A DNA stretch of 11,744 bases from Limisphaerales bacterium (GTDB taxonomy: Bacteria > Verrucomicrobiota > Verrucomicrobiia > Limisphaerales > JAJOIW01): assembly GCA_965657355.1 (NCBI GenBank), contig CBFHOE010000008.1, positions 127,036 to 138,779 of the forward strand, in the 5' to 3' direction. Shown here piece after piece: positions 1-6,463 of this stretch. The stretch's first letter is position 1. Each line of letters starts with the position of its first letter. The notes below the pieces were generated by a model that made no database searches, had not been told where the DNA came from, and was given only the letters and a program-made list of their open reading frames with translations. Position numbers and translations under genes: made by a program.

Positions 1-480
1 TTCAGATATTCTATTTGTCGATAGTTTGAGCAAAAACATAAGTGGAACGGGGATGGGTATTTATGCAATTGGTCATGTTATGGTAACCGGTAAAACCGAT
101 CCTTAATTTCCGAAAGTTAAAAACATTATTGATCCAGAAATAATTCTGGAATTATTAAGAAACACCACAGGCGCTGGATTTGCCAATTTTATCAAAAATA
201 AAAAATAAAATTACAAAAGGGTTCCTGCTAAAAGCCAAAATGCCTTTTGTGGTAGGTAATGATAACGAAGCCAGGCAAATAGCCATCCACTCTGCTGGAG
301 GCAGAAATATTCCATATTGACCGAAGTATTAGAATATCAAACACATTTCCCTCGAATGGGTTTTGGATGTATCGAGGAGCCTTAGATTCCGTGACTAAGC
401 AATTAAAAGTTGATTTGATAAATGAAGTAGTCTGCTCTTCGATATAGATGGCTTCTTCAATCCATTCTCAAAAAATCTAA
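1..480 (+). pseudogene. Degraded C-terminal remnant of a LarA/DUF2088 (lactate racemase-like) family gene, truncated at the window edge
   Basis: Manual translation. Frame from nt 2: SDILFVDSLSKNISGTGMGIYAIGHVMVTGKTDP* (TAA 104-106), then FPKVKNII...RNTTGAGFANFIKNKK* (TAA 206-208). Frame from 210: ITKGFLLKAKMPFVVGNDNEARQIAIHSAGG..* (TGA 318-320). Frame from 325: SIRISNTFPSNGFWMYRGAL..* (TAG 445-447). Frame from 435: LFDIDGFFNPF. These blocks follow, in order, the family motifs as I recall them: DxLxVDxxGKNISGTGMD, GNAxGxGxADF, AKIP..DxEA, VRIxNTL..W, FDxxG. Confidence 0.75.
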
Positions 481-562
481 TTTCTTTAATTCATATAAAA
501 ATGAAATAGAGGAATGACTAACATGAATCCATTTTGTCGGCTTTTATTAGTGTCTTTCCGCA

Positions 563-1375
563 TTATTGAGACTGGTGCGCCAATATAAACAAGGGTTCTC
601 CCGGGGAGATTTTGTTAGGATCAGAGACGGAATTATACTCTTGGAGTTCAGAAGGTGAAATTCCATGACTCGCAGCTATCTTTCCGAAAGTATCTCCCGG
701 TTTAATTATATATCTGACAAACCTCGTGTCAGATAGATTTTCCAGTTTTGAAATGATGCGCTCTTTATTAGCTAAATTATTCTGATTCTCCAGTATCAAA
801 AGTATGCTTCTGACGTCCTTTTGGAATTTGATCATCTTCTTATCAGAAGAATTAATCGTTTGTTGGAGTTCTGCTATTTGATTTTGATGTGTAGCCGCTT
901 GTTCATTCAGTTTCTGCTTGGCTTCATATAAATCCATTTTAAGACTGTTCATTTCTGAGTCTATAAATGAATTAATTTCTTCTGGTCTAAATTTTTGTCG
1001 TATGAGCTGGTCCATACAAAATCTGATTTTTGCTTCGATGGTCTTATTAACGTCCTTCTGGTGGGTTTGAAGATCCATTAATCTTTTCCAATTCACCATA
1101 GCTTCAAAATAATCCGCTCTGCGCATGTGGATATCTGCTAATAGCCTGTATGCTGAAAGGTTTTGGGGATCAATGCCCAATGCTTGATTGCAGTAGGATA
1201 TAGCTTTTTCAACTGAAGGACTTTGTGGGTTATCCGAAGATCCTTCGTAATTTCTGTAAGCCGTTGTTACTAATACTGTAGGGTCTTGCGGGGTTACTAG
1301 CGTATTGATTTGTACAAATTGGCCCACAACAAACCCTATACCGATAAGAAATGTTACCGTAATAAGAACCTTCAT
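563..1375 (-). CDS. Exported or membrane-anchored TPR + coiled-coil + C-terminal LysM peptidoglycan-binding protein
   Basis: 270 aa ORF with hydrophobic N-terminus (MKVLITVTFLIGIGFVVG), TPR-like helices (KAISYCNQALGIDPQNLSAYRLLADIHMRRADYFEAMVNWKR), a heptad-rich Q/K/E segment, and a LysM signature (YIIKPGDTFGKIAASHGISPSELQEYNSVSDPNKISPGEPLFI). Confidence 0.85.
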   Translation of the reverse strand: MKVLITVTFLIGIGFVVGQFVQINTLVTPQDPTVLVTTAYRNYEGSSDNPQSPSVEKAISYCNQALGIDPQNLSAYRLLADIHMRRADYFEAMVNWKRLMDLQTHQKDVNKTIEAKIRFCMDQLIRQKFRPEEINSFIDSEMNSLKMDLYEAKQKLNEQAATHQNQIAELQQTINSSDKKMIKFQKDVRSILLILENQNNLANKERIISKLENLSDTRFVRYIIKPGDTFGKIAASHGISPSELQEYNSVSDPNKISPGEPLFILAHQSQ

Positions 1376-1579
1376 AACTCGTCATTCGTCATTAATATTG
1401 TTCTAAATATGGATTAAAAAATCAAGTATATAAAACACCCCAACATAGATCCCGAGTGTTCTAAAACTCGATAACTATCGCATATGATGTTTTTATCTCG
1501 CTTATATAAACTAAAAATTTTGCATTCACCCTAAATGCGTCGGGAAAGTTAGGAGATCTTATATAGAAGGGCCACCACG

Positions 1580-2482
1580 CTAACCCTTAAATGGGTTTGA
1601 ATGACGTTTCTCGCTTTTTAATCTTTTTGAATTATCGAGCCGATCTCTCTTTTCGGAATCAAAAGGATTGCTTTCTTCAGAACTGGAATCATCAAATTTA
1701 TTTTCACTCGGTAAACAAATAACTGAGAGGAATAGAAAACATAAGCTGGCTACTAATTGTCCCGGCACGAATGCCGCCACGACCAAAAGAGAAATATAAT
1801 CAAGGACATAAAGTCCGGCGCAAATGGAGAATATTATTCCTCCAAAATAACTTCCGCAAAGTCCTAGTTTGTAGCAGGAAGAGATGCCCGAATTTCGGCG
1901 TAATAAGTTAGCTAGAACAAAAACGAAGAAGGCAAAAAAGAAAGATAAGGCTGTCCATATGGTCAGTATTATTACGCAAGTTATAAGACCCGCCAAAATT
2001 GGAAATCCAATTTTTGTAGTTTCCCAGAACGACAAGAGACTCTTTCTGTTGGTGTTTATGAACCAGTTTTTGGGATAGCTAAAATCGATATAATATCCTA
2101 GTAGGGATTTGATTCGTATTCGGTCTTCAGCCAAATGAATTCGTATGTGTGAAGTATGAGGCGTTTGAATTGAAACTGATTTAACGGCCCAGATTTCAAG
2201 GAATGTATTAGAACCTAGTTTGGTAGACTGCGCCTCGTGTCCGGAGAAATACAATCCTTCTGCTAACTCGCTTTGATTAGATGAATTTTTAAATGCCTGT
2301 ATGACAACTGGCATGTATATCGACATAGCACCCCAAACCAAAATAATGGAGCATATGCATGCGAATATCAATGAGGTGATGAAAAGCCTCGTTCCCGAAA
2401 CATGGACAAATCCCGCTGCCCCAAACGGAGTCAGCGGGAAGCCAAATTCTGAACTGATCTGGTCTTCATTTTCAGAATCCAT
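1580..2482 (-). CDS. Polytopic membrane protein of unknown function (DUF1189-like topology)
   Basis: 300 aa ORF: one N-terminal TM, a ~100 aa soluble region, about three C-terminal hydrophobic segments and a charged tail. Starts 20 nt after the stop of the upstream gene. The family assignment is tentative. Confidence 0.7.
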   Translation of the reverse strand: MDSENEDQISSEFGFPLTPFGAAGFVHVSGTRLFITSLIFACICSIILVWGAMSIYMPVVIQAFKNSSNQSELAEGLYFSGHEAQSTKLGSNTFLEIWAVKSVSIQTPHTSHIRIHLAEDRIRIKSLLGYYIDFSYPKNWFINTNRKSLLSFWETTKIGFPILAGLITCVIILTIWTALSFFFAFFVFVLANLLRRNSGISSCYKLGLCGSYFGGIIFSICAGLYVLDYISLLVVAAFVPGQLVASLCFLFLSVICLPSENKFDDSSSEESNPFDSEKRDRLDNSKRLKSEKRHSNPFKG

Positions 2483-2502
2483 ATCAGGGATATTGAAATA
2501 AG

Positions 2503-2940
2503 TTAACTACCTTCTTCCGGCGTTACTTGGGTTTGCTGCTTTTGGGGTTCCACGATTTGCACGGGAACTGTGTATCTGATTTGAGGCACATCATCCACTG
2601 AGACCTCAATTGAGTAATTCCCTGGTTTCTCGAATTGAACATTCTGAAAAACTGTGAGGTTAGAGGCATTATGAGATGCATTTGCCAGATTAAATTTTAC
2701 TTCGCCTTTTTTGATCACAGTTGTTTGATCCGGGGCTAACAACCGAGTCGATTCAATAAATTCTCCGACACCTGCGGTCCACCGATTAAAGACACAGAGT
2801 TTTGCGGCTCCGACTGGGAGCTTTGGAACTCTTATTAATCCGATGACACCGATAATTATGAAGTTGCCATTTGCTTCTTGTCTGACATCCTCACAGAAAA
2901 GGGAGGACTGTAAGTCTGGTAGTATTCGAGATGCTTCCAT
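2503..2940 (-). CDS. DUF6941-like beta-rich hypothetical protein
   Basis: 145 aa ORF with N-terminal LFCEDVRQEANGNFIIIGV and C-terminal FEKPGNYSIEVSVDD, resembling the (L)CDDVRxExxGKxxxIG ... F..PG.Y...V..D pattern of DUF6941. Confidence 0.7.
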   Translation of the reverse strand: MEASRILPDLQSSLFCEDVRQEANGNFIIIGVIGLIRVPKLPVGAAKLCVFNRWTAGVGEFIESTRLLAPDQTTVIKKGEVKFNLANASHNASNLTVFQNVQFEKPGNYSIEVSVDDVPQIRYTVPVQIVEPQKQQTQVTPEEGS

Positions 2941-3118
2941 AGTTTGATTTTACATCATGTTTTGGACTCAGGATTTTCGAGTCATGCATGACAATTTGTA
3001 AAAGTTTACAGATGACTAATATCACTATTCGCAAAAAGAGTCTAAACAAACTTCCCAAACAGAATTATATTTCACCTCTCAACCTCGAAATTAAAGACCG
3101 ACCCGTCAAAGGCTCGAC

Positions 3119-3799
3119 CTACCATTCCGAAACAAATAATTCAGCCAAAGGAATATCATTTGGAGTGGTTATCTTTATATTGGGATCCTCTGAGATAACA
3201 AGTTCTACCCGCTGACCAATGGCCTGACATGCCGCCGTATCATCAGTGAACACCCTCTTTGACTCGATTGCAGAAATTAAAGCGTCCTTAATAACGGGCA
3301 CCTTGAAGCATTGTGGGGTCTGAACACATCGCAGTTTCGACCTATCCAGATGCTCTGAAATAAATTGGCCATCATTGGTTTGCTTTATCGTATCTGTCAG
3401 TAAAGTGGCCGACACCGCTGCTCCAAATTTATCAGCAGATTTGAGATTGTCATTGATAACTTTTTGAGTGACGCAAGGCCTGGCCCCATCGTGTATCGCT
3501 ACCAAACCCTCAGAATGGTTAATTTTTTGTATCCCATTCCAAACACTATCTTGTCTTTCATTTCCTCCGAATGCGAATCGGTATGGCTTTTGAAATTCAT
3601 ATTCTTCGGCTACCTTTTGAAATTCCTTTTTATTATCCTCTCTTACAACCAGAACTATTTCATCAATATTGGGGTTTCGATCAAATGCTTTCCAAGAATG
3701 AGCTATGACTGGGCGAGATTTTAATTCTAGGAAGAGTTTATTCACATTTATTCCCATCCTAGTTCCTTTACCAGCTGCTACGATAACTGCCGAATTCAT
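3119..3799 (-). CDS. ispD: 2-C-methyl-D-erythritol 4-phosphate cytidylyltransferase
   Basis: Motifs AAGKGTRMG, GGNERQDSV, IHDGARP, QTPQCF, TDD and NIKITTPND; 226 aa is a typical length. Confidence 0.96.
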   Translation of the reverse strand: MNSAVIVAAGKGTRMGINVNKLFLELKSRPVIAHSWKAFDRNPNIDEIVLVVREDNKKEFQKVAEEYEFQKPYRFAFGGNERQDSVWNGIQKINHSEGLVAIHDGARPCVTQKVINDNLKSADKFGAAVSATLLTDTIKQTNDGQFISEHLDRSKLRCVQTPQCFKVPVIKDALISAIESKRVFTDDTAACQAIGQRVELVISEDPNIKITTPNDIPLAELFVSEW

Positions 3800-3814
3800 T
3801 TTGGTTTGGGTATA

Positions 3815-5542
3815 TTATTTTTCTTTTGAAGGGCGCCAGTCTAATAATTTCAATTGTATTTGCTTCCTGCCATTGAATTCATTGATTAGGGGTTCAAAAG
3901 CTAGATCAAAATCGTTCTTGGGCAAAGGGTTGTCTTCACAATTCCACCAAATGGATTCCAAAGTTACGGATCCGTTTGTAACAAGCAATTTTGCATGTTG
4001 TTGATCGTGGCCAATTCGTCGGGGCGGCCTTGTATTTCGCAGGTTTCTTGCTACGAGTTGTACTTTTGGATTGGCCTGCCCTGAAGGTTGAAGCCTATTG
4101 AGCTCAATAAGCCTATCCATATTCATTTCGTTCAGAGGCGTTTCAGCATCCAAGCGAAGTCTCGGTCGCAAATCTGTATCTCCAATCTCCCTTTTGGCAA
4201 TAGAGTTTAATCGCTCCCTGAACTGATCAAGGTTTTTAGGATGAATTGAAAGCCCTGCCGCCATCGCATGTCCCCCATGCCGAATGAGTAAATCATCACA
4301 TTCTCTGAGGGCTGCTGCTAGATCGAAACCTTCTATAGATCTTCCCGATCCTCTCCATTCCTCGCCCTCAGAGCCAATAATTATAGTTGGACGGTAGAAT
4401 GCTCGCATAACCCTAGATGCAACAATCCCGACGATGCCAACATGCCAATTGGTATTTCCTTCAACTATCGCGAAATGGGATTCTTTTTGGAATTGGTCGG
4501 TAATTTTCTGCACACATTCATCCGACATCATTTTTTCAATTCTCTGACGCTCTCGATTTTGATGGTCCAGTTCTTGCGCAAGAGTCAGGCCGTCGTCAAA
4601 GGAACTGGATCTCAAAAGGTCCAATGCGTCTTGAGCATTCTCAAGTCGCCCAGCTGCATTGAGTCGAGGACTTAATTGAAAACCGACCTCAAAAACACCT
4701 ACATTATTTTGAATTTGAGCCACTTCTTTCAACGCTGCAAGACCTGCTCTTGAGGTTCTCCTCAAGCATTCCAAGCCCTTTGAAACCAATATTCGGTTCT
4801 CCCCGCTCAGAGGCACCAGATCTGCTACAGTTCCCAATGCAACTAAGTCGAGTAGCAGCCGCAAGTCAATCTCATGCGCCTCTTGAAGGTCTTCGTGTCG
4901 ACCAATTTTTATGAGCGCATGAGCCAACTTAAAGGCAAGACCAGCCGAACAAAGCTCTCCAAACGGAGGGTTGGCATCATCCGAAACCTGAGGGTTGACT
5001 ATAGCCATGGCTTTTGGCGCCGGATTTGTGAGCTGATGGTGGTCCAGTACTAATACGTCTATCCCCCTTCCATTCAGCCAATCCACGGTTTCATTGGATG
5101 TGGAACCGCAGTCAACTGCGAGCACGAGGTCCGGGTCATAGCGCTCGACGCATCTGGAAACTGCCGATTGGCTTAGTCCATATCCTTCCTCAAGGCGGTG
5201 CGGTAAATATATTTCAGGTTGTGCAAATCCCAATCGCTCAAAAATCTCAAGTAGCAATGCCGTTGAAGTAACCCCATCAACGTCGTAATCTCCGAAGACA
5301 ACAATACGCTCCTGTTTGATTCTTGCCTCCCAAAGGCGGTCAGTCATGACTTCCATGTTCGGGAGTAGCATCGGGTCTTTAAGGTCTCTTAATCTGGGGT
5401 GAAGGAAAACGGAAGCTTGCTGCTCAGTCGTTAGACCACGATTGAACATGCACCGGGCCATAAGCTCAGATACAGCGAGTTTCCTCCTCAGGCGGGAAAC
5501 TACAGCTTCATCAGGTTCTTGAATGACCCATCTATATCGCAT
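3815..5542 (-). CDS. recJ: Single-stranded-DNA-specific exonuclease RecJ
   Basis: DHH-family motifs GDYDVDG, VDCG, LDHH, GTVADLVPL, PRLNAAGRL, GSGRS and GGHAMAAG, plus a C-terminal OB-fold-like region. The track start at 5545 is TTG; the adjacent ATG at 5542 is the likelier start. Confidence 0.97.
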   Translation of the reverse strand: MRYRWVIQEPDEAVVSRLRRKLAVSELMARCMFNRGLTTEQQASVFLHPRLRDLKDPMLLPNMEVMTDRLWEARIKQERIVVFGDYDVDGVTSTALLLEIFERLGFAQPEIYLPHRLEEGYGLSQSAVSRCVERYDPDLVLAVDCGSTSNETVDWLNGRGIDVLVLDHHQLTNPAPKAMAIVNPQVSDDANPPFGELCSAGLAFKLAHALIKIGRHEDLQEAHEIDLRLLLDLVALGTVADLVPLSGENRILVSKGLECLRRTSRAGLAALKEVAQIQNNVGVFEVGFQLSPRLNAAGRLENAQDALDLLRSSSFDDGLTLAQELDHQNRERQRIEKMMSDECVQKITDQFQKESHFAIVEGNTNWHVGIVGIVASRVMRAFYRPTIIIGSEGEEWRGSGRSIEGFDLAAALRECDDLLIRHGGHAMAAGLSIHPKNLDQFRERLNSIAKREIGDTDLRPRLRLDAETPLNEMNMDRLIELNRLQPSGQANPKVQLVARNLRNTRPPRRIGHDQQHAKLLVTNGSVTLESIWWNCEDNPLPKNDFDLAFEPLINEFNGRKQIQLKLLDWRPSKEK

Positions 5543-5560
5543 CAATTAAATTTTAAAGTT

Positions 5561-6259
5561 TTACAAAAAATCTAGAAAATTCACCACAAACTTCCCAAGT
5601 TCTTTGCCAAGGTAAATTAATACTATGGTGTATATCAAAGATAGAAACGATAAGAAATAAGCAATCCATATCGTTCTGCCATCACTCTCCATTAAACAAA
5701 GACTCAAAAATATGATCGCAATTCCAGGGAAAAAATTCGACAGTGGAAAAATCACTGGCCATGGAATCCACAATAAAACCCCATCCAAAATCAAAAGCCA
5801 TCCGTTCCATATATTGATAATCGGCTTCTCAAAAAAATGAACATGTCTTGGTGAAATCCATTTCTCTAAAAAGCCAATAAACTTACCGGCCGTGACTAAA
5901 ACCTTGGCAAATTTTGATTTTGAAATTTGTTTATCTCTGATTTTTGACGGGAGATTGAGCGGCTTTTCCCTCAACTGGTAAAACGCAGAATAAATGACAA
6001 AGCATCCGGCCACGACTCCCCAGCCAGGAAGAAAAGCAGGTAAGCAGAAGGGGAGGCAGACCAATACCTGCAAGAAATGTATGCTGTCATCTCCAATTTT
6101 ATTGAGAAATTGGCCTATTGAGATATTTGGCTCATTTAAGTCGTTCAAATCCAAGGCCTCTGAAAGCCGATTTGAAAGTGGCAATTTTTGGCTATGACTC
6201 TGAGCTCCAATTTCTTGAGGGAAGTCCTCGTTGTTGGATTGTTTTTTCTCCTCATCCAT
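5561..6259 (-). CDS. exoD: ExoD-family (exopolysaccharide synthesis-associated) membrane protein
   Basis: 232 aa with LSxxL...ISIGQFL, LxCLPFCLP..PG, LPxxIxxxxI, FLEKWISPR, PLSNFFPGIAI..SLCLMESDG, matching the ExoD family pattern (LP..P...PG; LE+..+PR; P..N..P; G..E.DG). Confidence 0.85.
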   Translation of the reverse strand: MDEEKKQSNNEDFPQEIGAQSHSQKLPLSNRLSEALDLNDLNEPNISIGQFLNKIGDDSIHFLQVLVCLPFCLPAFLPGWGVVAGCFVIYSAFYQLREKPLNLPSKIRDKQISKSKFAKVLVTAGKFIGFLEKWISPRHVHFFEKPIINIWNGWLLILDGVLLWIPWPVIFPLSNFFPGIAIIFLSLCLMESDGRTIWIAYFLSFLSLIYTIVLIYLGKELGKFVVNFLDFL

Positions 6260-6402
6260 CGCGATTAAAGCTTTGTTGCCGAATCAGTTGGATTGGCATA
6301 AATCCAAATATTCAGTATGAGACTCTATCATCATGGATTTCTTATGGCCATAAGATAACAATTGAACTGAAAGTGCTTTCCTGTTTTGCCTCTGCAAAAG
6401 GC

Positions 6403-6433
6403 AAGGCGTGCTGACCATAAGTCGGCACGCCTT
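6403..6433 (-). terminator. Probable intrinsic terminator or stabilising hairpin after secDF
   Basis: 13-bp inverted repeat AAGGCGTGCTGAC-CATAA-GTCGGCACGCCTT (one mismatch), 30 nt downstream of the secDF stop. On the minus strand it is followed by GCCTTTT, an imperfect U-tract. Confidence 0.6.
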
Positions 6434-6463
6434 AGATCATTGGGTTAAATTTAATGACTTAAT

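Noticed and set aside
104..447. Stop-codon reassignment as an explanation for the interrupted left-end gene
   Set aside because: Frameshifts are also required, and neighbouring genes terminate normally at TAA and TAG.
535..560. Minus-strand GCCGACAA resembling a sigma28 -10 element
   Set aside because: No -35 match and no minus-strand gene identified downstream within the window.
1431..1496. Possible multibranch RNA structure upstream of the LysM gene (CGAGT/ACTCG and TAAAACA/TGTTTTTA)
   Set aside because: Stems are short and AT-rich, so chance occurrence is likely; no riboswitch consensus recognised.
1884..2501. Plus-strand ORFs 1884-2078 and 2301-2501
   Set aside because: Antisense to the membrane protein gene; the Lys-rich text simply mirrors Phe/Leu codons.
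2988..4675. Plus-strand ORFs 2988-3215, 3464-3724, 3705-4004 and 4442-4675
   Set aside because: They overlap ispD or recJ on the opposite strand and have no recognisable motifs.
5994..6414. Plus-strand ORFs 5994-6197 and 6118-6414
   Set aside because: Antisense to exoD or running through the palindromic spacer; no protein-like features.
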